64,000 nucleotides of DNA from Lytechinus pictus. Lineage: Eukaryota. Numbering within the stretch: position 1 is the first letter of the stretch; each line of letters begins with the position of its first letter. The translations under genes and the position numbers were made by a program. Where the stretch lies: the NCBI RefSeq assembly GCF_037042905.1, contig NC_087251.1:34660001-34724000 (forward strand). The letters are read 5' to 3'. Below are positions 1 through 48,947 of the stretch, piece after piece. The notes under the pieces were generated by a model, which did not search any database, was not told the DNA's origin, and saw nothing but the letters and a program-made list of their open reading frames with translations.

Positions 1-867
1 TACACCGTTTCTCGTGTGTAAGTATAATGAAACGATTTGAAACCTCCACATATTTCTGAATATTTTTTCATCGTTGAAATTGACCTATAAGATATTGCTT
101 TTGTTAGATTCTAACCCCATTATTCCACAGCTAGCACTACCCTTGAAGGACCACCGAAAAATATTTCAGCAGTCAGTAAGATCAGCGAAGTTTGTGGTAT
201 CTATGGAATGGCTCTGAAAACTCCCGAGAGACAACAACTTCTCCTGCAAAATCGCATTAGGACCTTGAAGAGTCTGAGCTGAAAGTTTGCCAAGACACCA
301 GTAATATATTGGAAGATCACTAAAAAAAAGTATTATACTGCCAGATATCTTTGAAAGATCTCAAGATCTCCAAAGGACCAAACGAGACCACTGTAAAAAA
401 CTATGAGAGATCAAGACCGCCAAGAAAATTCTGAAAGACTTACCAATAGGCCTACTTGTTATCTAGCTGAGCTTACTAAAGTGGTACAATAATCTTTCGG
501 TGGTCTTCCCTTCCAATGGTTGTTTATAGATCTTTTTATGTATCAAATAATCTTTCGGCGATCTCTTTCATTGATCTTTATATGAATTCTCAGAAGCCTT
601 TAATGATCTCCGCAAAAAGTTTGGACTTTCGATAGATTATCAAAAACTAACGGGACGCTTCAGAGTTTTGACAACTAAAATACGTACAAAGTCCATTTTC
701 CTGAAATACCACAGAAAGATTGTCTTAAAAGATTTCTAAGTGTTTGATCATAAGGAAACTACCGGAAGGAATCGTGTAAGACCTCGAAGATCTTCGAAAG
801 ATCAAGCAACTTTCAGGGGTCTTTCAGCGGTCTTTTCTCTATAACTGAGACATCTCAAAATACCTAC

Positions 868-23542
<22,675 letters not shown>

Positions 23543-23678
23543 GTTGAAACATTGGTTTGAACACTGGTTTGATTTGCTTAGCAAGTTCGTCTTTATGCGT
23601 AGATACCCAATGCAATGAAATATTCGATAGTGACATTGCAAATATATCTCATGGACCGTTTAGCATGAGTTCATAACG

Positions 23679-24079
23679 CAGGGCCCGGGGAACGATTTTT
23701 TTCAGTGGGGGTGCTGAAATCGGCTGAAATCTCTCCTCAAAGGTGGGGGGACACAATTGAGTTTCCACTGCTATATACACACACACTAGGGCAATTTTTT
23801 GAAATTTCATGTATTTTGTCCTGAAAATTAAACACTTTGAGCAATATGTTTGTGATCCTGAACAAGATTCGTATGCAACAAAATAATAATCACTGCGAGC
23901 GCGATCAGCGCGAGCAGAAATCTTCAGTATACGTTCTCGCCTGATCGAAAAGGGACCTGTTATGAGGACTGTTTGCAGTTACCCATGAAGACGATACCTA
24001 TTCCAACAATCGAATAATGCGAGCGCGAATTTTGGGGGTGCTGAAGCACCCCCCAGCACCACCGCTTCCCAGGGCCATG
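23679..24079. mobile_element. Small TIR element just upstream of the esterase ATG
   Basis: CAGGGCCCGGGGAAC...GCTTCCCAGGGCCATG inverted ends; it interrupts a block that is uninterrupted at this point in its duplicate at ~24768-24850. Confidence 0.55.
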
Positions 24080-24850
24080 TCAAACATTGTTTTCTCATTG
24101 GTGTCACTTTATACCCAGGTCAAACATTCACATCCGGCCATCCGGGGCAATCATGGCTTTGTTTTTTTTTAATGCAGAGCCCTGTTGCATACACTTTGAT
24201 TCATATATTGATTAATGGCATGATTTATGTCACGATTTATGTCATATAGCATGAATCATGACATAAAAACAAATATTGACATAAAGTCGTTACATAAAGC
24301 TAATAATAACAAGAATGATTATTGTATTGATGGTTATGCATTTTTTTATTTATGCAATTTATGCATGATGACAATTGATTTAGTCTTTCTTATATTTTAT
24401 GTTTTATTGTAATTGACTGATTGAATGAAACCATTCCATTATTTAAACTGATACTATCAAGTGGATGGAGAATGAAACAAAATCCAGTCAGGATGAAGTA
24501 GAATAAAATGTTCATGTTTTTATACACGACAATATTTTTTTAATGAACCCCTCTCCGTAACTAAGTGCATATGGGGTGTGCCCCGTTTACTTCACCACCC
24601 TTTTGAATATCACTTCATTTATTGTTAGTTTTCTTTATTCTTGTTCATGGTCTAAAATTAGTGAAGAACATACAATAGAAATGATGACTGAAATTTAAAA
24701 GGGAAAAGAAAAGGGAAATATCACTGTTATCAAAATGGATAATTTACGGTCATCCCATTCTTTTTCTCATGGACCGTGAAAAAAGGAACAGTTTAGCACA
24801 AGTTCGTTACGTTGTTTTTTCATCGATATCACTTACCCAGGTCAAATATA

Positions 24851-26945
24851 CACAACAAAAAAAGTAAGTCCCCCCTAAATCAAATTACTGTAACTTTTGA
24901 ACGGAATTATTTTGAGATATGATATTCCGTAGGTGGTTTTTTACACTCATTAAGCAACTCCTGGAGAAAAATAAGATTGATCGGTTGAGTCATGCATGAG
25001 TAATTAAAGATTGAATTAAAAATGACAATTTTTGAAAGTCACAAGAGTCGTTTTTCAGATTGTGCAAATACAAAGTTGGGCAAATGTTGTCTTTAGGTTA
25101 ATTTTATGGTGTTATGCTGTTTTACTATCCATCATTTAGCCACTCCATAACACAATTTTGATATCAATGTTCATGGTTGAGTGAGCACAATGTATTGCAG
25201 GGGCAGCGGAAGCGGGGGGGGGGGGCTGGGCGGGGAGCTTCAGTCCCCCCCCCCCCCCACTTTTTTCCAAAAGCATGTAAAAAAAATTAAAAATGACCAT
25301 ACGATTGTGATTTTTTGCATGGTCAGCCCCCCCCCCCACTTTGAAAACCCTTCTCGGCCCCTGTATTGTGACGTATCATCATAGGGGTTTATGGTAGTAT
25401 CCTCTGCAACTTGTTAGATCATGTTAAAATTTGAAAATGTTGGTGGCTCCCCCGATTATAGGCCCCTCCCCCATTTTAAAATTCTGGACCCACCACTGAT
25501 TTGTCCATAAATTAAACTGATCGTAAGAAATTGTTAGGAAAAGAATACATTTATGCAGTATAAAGAGTATTCATTCCTAAGTTTTCGAATGTGCTCGCTC
25601 AACCATGAAAATGTTTAAAGTTCGGAATGTGTGTGGTGATAGAAATGATGGATGATAAAAACAATAGCAATTAAAATCTTATTTTAAACCGAATTTGCCC
25701 CCAATATTCACTTTATTACCCTTTAAAATGAGTCTGTGACATTGAAAATACCAGTTTTCCCACTTTGATGCGTGCTCACTCATCCATAAATAAACAAATC
25801 GATTTCATTTTTGCACAGAATTCTGCCCATAGGTTGATAAACATTACTGCCAAATGACATTGCTAAAGACAGCCTTGAAAAAAAGTTCCACCATATTGAA
25901 TAAGGGGTTACTTATTCTTAAACATGTGCACCCATAATGTACACAAGTCTATGAGAGACGAAGTCAAAATTTTAACCAATATGAAATGAGGGTTTGTTTC
26001 ATGGACGGTTTTTGTTACTTCTGCCAATAGTTATTTCATGAAACTTCGTACATGGCTTCAGAGTAACACTATCCAAAAGGCGCGCACACCAAAATAACCA
26101 TTCGATACTACACAGAGTGGGGCTAAGGCCTTGAACTTTCTTCTCATCTGCATAATTTTCGAATATTGTGTGCTCACTGATGCATTAAACATCGGGATTT
26201 TCATAAAAATCAAATCAAATGAACTATGCAAGGAGGTTTGTGACAGATATCCATAGTAACAAATTGCATTTTTCCAATAACGTAAAAAAGAGCTAATCGC
26301 ATTTCACATGTTCATTTAAGCGTGGATATTTAATTAAACGCCTTTGAATCATTGAAGCATGTTAATTGGTCATGAACATAACGAAAAAGTTGAGAAAAGA
26401 TCATTTTCAGTTCCCAAAATGAACCAATACTTGCCTATTATATTTGAAAATCATATTTTTTGTTTTCAATAAATGTTCATTGAACCGTGAAACGATGAAT
26501 ATTGTTGAAGAAACTCTTCCAAAAATAACTGTCATCATATTCTATCATTTTTATTGATATAAATGTGTAAAAAATCCAATTATAGCAAATTTGGACTTGT
26601 GTTTATTCAACCGTGAAATTTAGCCAAAAAAGTTGTATCGTCTTTTAGAGAGTACCTTTTACAAGCCTTCTGACTATTTTTTATGATGAGAATGTGGAAT
26701 TAGTTCCAATAAAATGGAATCAAAGTCATGATATTTGGCTTGTGACTTTTGAAAAGTGAAATTTTTGCCTTCTGACGGTGCTCACTGTTCAAAGCATGAA
26801 GTGAGATACGTCCACGTCCATAACGTTTACTCAGAGGGTAGCTTATAAAATTACCTACAGGCTCACGTAAAAATATATTAAAAACTCGCGTTGATTCGGA
26901 AATTATTGATGTTTGTTTAAGGGGGGACTTACTTTTTTTGTTGTG
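24851..26945. mobile_element. Non-autonomous TA-flanked DNA transposon (Tc1/mariner-like) with a nested element at 25198-25363
   Basis: Perfect TIR CACAACAAAAAAAGTAAGTCCCCCC / GGGGGGACTTACTTTTTTTGTTGTG, flanked by TA. The nested CAGGGGC...GCCCCTG element has a 5-bp TSD TATTG. Confidence 0.82.
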
Positions 26946-28204
26946 TATATTTCACATCCAGGACAGTCATGGCTTTGTCATTATTCCAACAGGGGTAGCT
27001 GCTCCTATTATGCTTTTCGCATTGATTTTTCATCGTACTATATATGGTATCAGCTCTAAACAAAAACGGCCTTTAAAAAAAAAATCTGTTTTGAATCAGT
27101 TGGTGTCTTTTCATTTTGGATAAATGGCGTAGCAAAGCCTTTTCAGGTGGGGTGAAGGCCCTTGATTAGACAGATATCGGATTACAACCAAGAGTAACTG
27201 TTGTGTTTTTCGTTCTCCCCACCCCACATTGTCTTTCGTCATACCCAGGGGGCAGATCCAGCTTTCATCAATAGGAAAGGGGGGGGGGGGGTAGCGGGCG
27301 GACAAATATTTTCATTCACATTTTTCTTGATCGGCCGCCAATATATATCTGATTTTTCTTGTTGGTTTTATGAAGGGTTAGTCCAAAAATATAGACTACA
27401 GTATATCTTAGCTTCATTCTTACAAATGATTAGGTATCTCCTGAAAGAATATATCAAGCGATCGTGAAGCGCGAGCTCATATTTTTATATTTCTTATATT
27501 TAGACCCGAAAATTTGATATTTTGATCAGATAAACGATTCATTTCGGGATGAAGCTTTGATGTAATTAAAACTTCAGTCTTTAAGTGAGGACAAACCCTC
27601 CCCAAAAAAGGAAACAAACAAAAACCGAACAATCTGATTTTGGCGGCCGATCAGGTAAAATACCCCCCCCCCCCCCTCCTTCATGAAAGCCGGATTTGCC
27701 CCCGAGTATGCAGAAAGACACTGTGACAGAGGATGATGAACACAACCATGACTCATGGCCGTCGAACGACGTAATCAGTACCGATATCTGTCGGTATTCA
27801 AGGGCCCCCACACGCCCCCCCCCCCCCCCCCATTAGACAAGGCCTATAGCTACGCCCTGATACAAACGATAATGTCGCAGCAACGCATAATATTTCTGCA
27901 TTACTATTGTATGATTTTGTGAAGTTATATTGGTTATAAATGGCTATATAATGATTACATTTTTTGGGGTTACTGAATTTATCCACTGTATATGAATACA
28001 TTAATACTATATTTTGTACGATTATTTGTATTATGAATAATCATTTGTCTTCTGTGAACAGTGTTTTATTGATATTGTAATATTTTGCAATGTACCATTA
28101 CTTTGAACTGAATGATTTGATAAGTATTATTACAAAACAAAAATAATGTCACACCAACGCATAATGTCGCAGAGAGCGACATTATGTTGTCGTAACCAGT
28201 TTTC

Positions 28205-28465
28205 TAACGCATAACGTCACATGTCACTCGGTATCTTGTTCAAGCTCTTTCATCTGAACACTTTTTAAAGTGTGTGTGTATGTTCTAGGTGTGTGAGGGC
28301 GAGTGTGTTTGGGGCATGTCGCAACGCATTATGTCGCAGAAAATTTAACGCATAACGTCACATGTATCACACGTCACTCGGTATCTTGTTCAAGCTCTTT
28401 CATCTGAATACTTTTTAAAGTGTGTGTGTGTTCTAGGTGTGTGAGGGTGAGTGTGTTTGGGGGCA
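28205..28465. repeat. Two-copy tandem duplication (~140 bp)
   Basis: TAACGCATAACGTCACATG...GTGTGTTTGGGG occurs at ~28205 and ~28346. Confidence 0.85.
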
Positions 28466-29086
28466 GGGATATATATTCAGTTGTAACACGCCCCCGACCA
28501 TCAGACACACTTTCTTATACTTATTAAACATTGTACACACTGTTCTCTCTCGGGGGGGGGGGGGGGGGGGTCTCTCCCATACATGCACACTCACCCTTAC
28601 ACATTTTCTCCTCGAGTTTCGATGAAAAGAATGACAATATATTTTTTTCAGTTGAGCTATTGAAGCTGAAGATAAGGTTGGCCAACCAAGTAGCAGGCCA
28701 CGGTAGTTGTACCCCTAACAGTGACTCTTGCCTAGATCCTTAATTAGGCCTATATCACAAGGATTCAGTGCTGGTGCTGGGGTACTTAGGCGGTCTGATC
28801 ATGAATGAACATGGGTGGTGGTTGACTACATTTTAAAAGTTGCTCTCACAGAATTTGTGAAAGAAATCCAAAGCTATCCAAATCCAAAGATATAGAAATC
28901 TAAAGCTTCTATATTTTGTTTCCACCTACAAATTCTTATTAACTAGGAAAAAAATATCCTCATTATATCATACGCATGTATAATCATTTGTTCATTGTTG
29001 AATACAGTGATAATTAAATTCTACTCGTTGACAATAAATTGATTAATTAGTTCTGCACTTCTGTTGTAAAATGGGTAGGACCAGTT

Positions 29087-29391
29087 CAGGGTTCCCACAG
29101 AAATTTGAAAACAGAATTCCATGACTTTTGCATGACTAAATTGCTGCTTTCCATGACTTCCCGTGACGTCCCAGGAGTTATGTAGGGTTTGGGATGTCAC
29201 AAAACTGGGAAAATGGAAATCATAAACACCAATTATAATGAGAGTATGAGAGTTGCGAGACACAGCAAACTGGAAAGCTGCCATAGCCAAGAGGTAAATG
29301 CAATTCTATGACTTTTCACAAATTTTCCAAATTCCCTGACTTTCCATGACCACAAATTTTTCCAGGATTTTCCATGACTGTGGGAACCCTG
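29087..29391. mobile_element. Non-autonomous CAG-ended DNA transposon with 5-bp TSD (hAT5-like)
   Basis: TIR CAGGGTTCCCACAG / CTGTGGGAACCCTG; TSD CAGTT; internal TTCCATGAC repeats; empty site in the paralogue at ~52700. Confidence 0.85.
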
Positions 29392-31949
29392 CAGTTGCTC
29401 CCTTTTCAACTTAAAACTTCAAGAATGCCTTTATGACAAGGTCAGCTACTTTACTATCTTGTCATGATGTATTTCTTCAAGCATTTTACATATTCTTACT
29501 CCCGAGTAAACAATTCCAAATGTTAATTTCTAAGCGGACTTTTTCTTCAAATAACAGGTCAATTTCATACGCTCTGAATTTTTAGGCAAGTAATTTGTCA
29601 TTAACTTTATTTTGTGTAATGTTTGCTGATTTCATTGTTTTTCTTAAATGAATTCAAATCTTTTTTATTGTATCTAAATGACTATATGACCTTTTTTATC
29701 GCTAGAAGAGGGGATAAATGATATTGAATGGTTGACATGTATCAAAAAAGTTTGTCAAAGATTTTATTTTCAACATAATGCCATGTTCATAAACTAGAAG
29801 ACACCTCTTTCTGATATCACAAATTGATGGTTTATTAGTAAAAATTTTGTGAACAGTGATATGAAATTTCACCATAAAAATAACAAAATATTTGCAACCC
29901 TGACATTGATTACAACAACAAAACATATAAAAATAAAATCAAGTCTAACATAAAATGAGGTGACAGAGGTAAGATTATGAAAATGTATACACAATGTAGA
30001 TTTAAAAAATACTTATGACAAAATATGAAGAAAATGCACTGAATATCTAAATACATCATCAACTTATTGACTTGTACTCATTGACCCGTATTTTGTACCC
30101 CAGTTTAACAAGATCTACATGAAAGTCTGGGCTAAAATTACGTAGAGCCAAAAATATCCATTTGTTTACATTGTAATGCATCTATGTTTCTCCAATATAC
30201 TGGGATATTGTTTTGTTGAATATACTGGGATATTGTTTTGATGTAAAGGGATGGTCCGGGATGAAAATTTTCATATCTACATAATTAAAGATTAAAATTC
30301 AGAGCAAAATGCTGAAAATTTTAACAAAATAACGAAGTTATCGAATTTTAAAGTTTATCAATATTTTGTGAAAACAGTTACATGAACATTGTCATGAATA
30401 TTCATTGGGTGGGTTGATGTCACATCCCCACTTTCCCTTTTTCTTAAGTTATTACATGAAATCATAATTGTTTCCTTTTTTTCATAACTGTGTTAATAAT
30501 GTGTCTCCATGGAATAAGTTGCGGCAATAAATATCTAATGCACTTAATCAGTTGTCAATCCAATTGTTTTAGTTCTTGGTAGAAAAATTTTGGATGAACT
30601 TAATTTCATATAATAAAATACAATACAGCCCACCTAATGAATATTCATGAAGACATGCCAAGTTCAACTGAAGTTCAGAATACGTGCCAATTGGGGCAAA
30701 CTGTAAGAATGATTTGCTAAGCATAGTGCAAGTTGAAAAGTTTAAGAATGTCTATAATGAAGATATAAATTTGGTGTACTTTCTCACTGTTGCATTGACA
30801 ATAGTTTACAATTTATATATATATATATATATGAATAATGCAAATAATGTACTGAAGTGACGAGATGATTGTTGTAATTTGTGCCAGAAAGAAGCTTTTT
30901 CATGAAATTCACCGAACGAGATGCAAATTTAAAAAGCCTTGGTTCATAAAAGGTGCTAAACCATGGATTAAAAGATATGTTAAAGATTACAGACAAGAGG
31001 TTAATCTAGACGCATGTTTACATATTTGGCATACAGGACTTACCATACCCTTGCATGCATGGTGTACATTGCACTTATGACATCATGAATGTATGTGTTC
31101 TCTCTGCCAATAAACTGTCAGAAGAACTAGGCATGAACTAACAAATAAAAGGAAATATTCTTAGATTTCATTTAATACATAACTATTCTTTTCTGATTTA
31201 GAGAATATACTTTAAAACCTTCTTTTTAATATCACTAATTGCAACTTTCCAATGATAAAAATAAATATAAATGAAATTAACAGCATTATCATGACAATAA
31301 TGCATACATCAATGTCTTGACAACATGATTCATATTTTTCATATTTATACTGTAAAAATCAAGAACTATCATCACAATAATACATCTGTGTCTTATGAAA
31401 ATATAAAGTCCATCATTTATTAACAGTTAAAATATATTGTATAGATGTCATCCTCAATAGTTTTTGCATAGCATAGTATTTTACAGTACATTAACAGTAT
31501 CTTCATCTAATTTTGTGCATGATTTATATTACTTTTTTTGACTAATTACAAATCGCTTGACAAATTGATGCTAGAAGTGTAATCTTTTTAATTCAATTTT
31601 ATGATTGCCAGAAATGAGCAGGCTTAAAAAAATCATCAAACTTGGAGGTTTTACTTACATATTTTCATTATGATAAAGAAATTTAGAATTTATGATTGAC
31701 ATCACACAGAGGTATAACATAGTGAAGTGGACTACACATCCTCTAAATAGCTGAAGTACCAATTGTCATAAAATACATACTGGTAGGAATTCTAAATAAA
31801 TGCGAAATTCACTGGTTTGACAGTAGTATCATAAGGTAATTATTGCTACATGGAATCAGTGTGGTATAGACTGCCACAGTGACACTAGAATGTACTGCTC
31901 AGACAAATAATAACCCGCTTTTAAATTAGCACTTCTTACATCAGAACAA

Positions 31950-32475
31950 CGTCTGTAAGCGCTTTACAGATATATTATAACCCCAGTCATTGGATCTGAC
32001 TTGCCCATATACAATGTATGCACTTTCCCCACTCCCTGGAGAGCATTCCAACAAAAGTTTCCAAACACAATGGGTGATTTCAAGTTCAGTGTTGACCTTT
32101 TGGTGTTGGGTCAATTTTTATACGATTATAACACCAAACATAAAATGAAGATGGTCCCGGAAAATAACTCAGTAGTTGTTGAGATGTCAATAATGTGATC
32201 TGGATCAGTTTTACAAAATCTGAATAAGTTTTGGGACGAGGGGAAGCAATCCAAATTCTAACACCAACACCAAGGCCAACACCGGACTTGAAATCACCCA
32301 ATTGCTAGGCCGCACACACTACATAGGCTTTAGCATCCTATCAGGGACCCATAACACCTTGGTGGAGAGTGGCAAAGTGTTCGCTGATGCCTTCCCAAGA
32401 GATGGTAGGCCAAAGTGGGATTTGAACACATGACCCTCTGATTACAAGGTGACAGTCAAAACCACTCTACACCAA
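31950..32475 (-). mobile_element. tRNA-derived SINE interrupted by a TIR MITE (~32069-32304)
   Basis: Minus-strand head TGGTGTAGAGTGG (A box)...GTTCAAATCC (B box). The 3' part is similar to the truncated copy at 35958-36094. Nested TIR GGGTGATTTCAAGT / ACTTGAAATCACCC. Confidence 0.65.
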
Positions 32476-33071
32476 AATGCTTCAATGCAAAGTGTTGTGG
32501 GTTGAAATGTTAACGCATAGTTGCTTACCACCCATAATCTTTGCCTGATCACAACATTCCAGTGCCACTGACAGCTATACTTATTAAGTAAAAAAATCAA
32601 ATAAATTACTTTATTTACAATTTCATAGAAAATGTTGAATGCATATAACTAAGTTGGTAATGAAACAAGCAATCTCAATGGTGCCACTTCTGTGATAAGT
32701 TTGGTCTCAGACAAATTAGCTTCACATTCAATATGTCTGTATGGTGGCACTTGATACCAATGTTACAGTCATGCAAACAAAACCACTTCCAAACCGATAG
32801 ATGGTATGCCTTGCATGGCAATCACCCCTAGGACAACTACTTCCAGGACAGTCACCCCCTAGGACAACTACCAATGGTCCATTTTCTCTCCCATGATTTA
32901 GTGCCATATTGTGAAATATCCTGAGCATGTAATTCATGGATAAATAAGTTCAAATTTACAGACTTAATCATTATTGAAGATTTTCAGTTATACCATTACA
33001 ATTGTCTTACAGCTAAAAGTGCATGATAGGAATGTATTTCACATCATAGAAATTCCAATATCCAGTGAGGT

Positions 33072-47295
<14,224 letters not shown>

Positions 47296-47877
47296 TTTGT
47301 CTAACGCAGTATTATTACTTGTGTGTAGGACAAGTAAAGCTTGAACGTCACGATCGATCACGAGCTAGTCGAACAAATATAAAGCGAGTTGTTGACAAAA
47401 CATACTAGTACGGTACACACGGAATGAATGCATGCAGAGTAAAGATAAAACACACAGTGTTACCGCCCTCTATGGATGTGTCAAAACAATTTACTCGGAG
47501 AGCTGCAACTTCGATCTGGAATGGGTAAAAAAGATGATAAATAGAAGAAATTAAAGGGGAGAGGGAGGAAATCATGCAGACCTACGCGGTCTTGTAGAGG
47601 AATAAGAGTGTCCTACTTGAAAATCCAGTGGAAGTGCTCAATTTTGAAACGTTATTTTCAATATGTAAGAATTATTAGTTTTCAAGGAGCTGTAAAGTGT
47701 GAGTTTTGAAAAGTATATAATCGCCTCACCGCCCCCTCCCAAATAAAGAAAGAGAGAAAAAAATATGAAAACCGGAAGTATTAGAGTGGATGATATGACT
47801 GATGATCATTAGTAGTTTTTAATCAACTATTTAATAATTATTTGTATCGGCCCATTGTATTGTATCAGCGACTTTTG

Positions 47878-47994
47878 AGGCAAGTACCCCTGCCCGTGAT
47901 TCCGCCGCCCCTTGTTTATTTCATATTAGTACGAAGTTAGTACTAATATGAAATAAAAAAGGGGCGGCGGAATCGCGGGCAGGGGTACTTGCCT
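47878..47994. repeat. Near-perfect palindrome (55-bp arms, 7-nt loop)
   Basis: AGGCAAGTACCCCTGCCCG...ATTAGTAC gaagtta GTACTAAT...CGGGCAGGGGTACTTGCCT, with two mismatches. Confidence 0.93.
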
Positions 47995-48232
47995 AGGACT
48001 ATCCCTAAAAAAATATTTAAAATCAGCTTTTAGCAACCGATGGGGAAAAAGGTGGATAAAAATATGTTTCCTTTTGGCAAACGCTCGATTTTCCGGCCTG
48101 CATAGTTATGCTCCCTTAAAGTGATAAATATGTTGGTCTCTTACTATTCAATAAACAAAATAAATTCAAGGGAATTGATGCCATTTTAACAGTAATTAGC
48201 GCCATAACTGACCGTGACAAAGCAAGTTTTAC

Positions 48233-48947
48233 AAGTTCATTTCCCCCAAATAATTGAAAACAAATCCATGCACATTTTCCCCGATCGACAGTTAAAAGCT
48301 GATTTTTGTTGTTAGCTTACAACGTTCTTTTTCGGGAAATCAACTCGCACTTCACTCTCCTTTAAACATATTAATGTTTAAAATTTCCAGATTCTGGGTC
48401 TGAATATAAAAAAATACTTGATTAATTTTACAAATTCATATCCTCAATATCAATTCTAACACATCAAAATGTTCCGTTGTTTTTTTTAATTGCATTTTAG
48501 CTATTAAAAAAATTAAAAAATTAAAAGAAAAATCATGTCGCTTTTCGCACTCGCAATTCATTTGCGCTTAATTTAAAATCTGCAGAACTAAGTTCATTTC
48601 CCCCAAATAATTGAAAACAAAACCATGCACATTTTCCCCGATCGACAGTTAAAAGCTGATTTTTGTTGTTAGCTTAAAACGTTCTTTTTCGGGAAATCAA
48701 CTCGCACTTCACTCTCCTTTAAACATATTAATGTTTAAAATTTCCAGATTCTGGGTCTGAATATAAAAAAATATTTGATTAATTTGACAAATTCATATCC
48801 TCAATATCAATTCAAACACATCAAAATGTTCCGTTGTTTTTTTAAATTGCATTTTAGCTATTAAAAAATTTAAAAATTAAAAGAAAAATCATGTCGCTTT
48901 TCGCATTCGCAATTCATTTGCGCTTAATTTTAAATCTGCAGAACTAA
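48233..48947. repeat. Two-copy near-identical tandem duplication (~357 bp unit)
   Basis: AAGTTCATTTCCCCCAAATAATTG...AATCTGCAGAACT starts at ~48233 and again at ~48590. Confidence 0.93.

Noticed and set aside
1..860. AAGATC/GATCTT-rich segment, possibly a transposon
   Set aside because: No termini, TSD or coding signal could be defined within the window.
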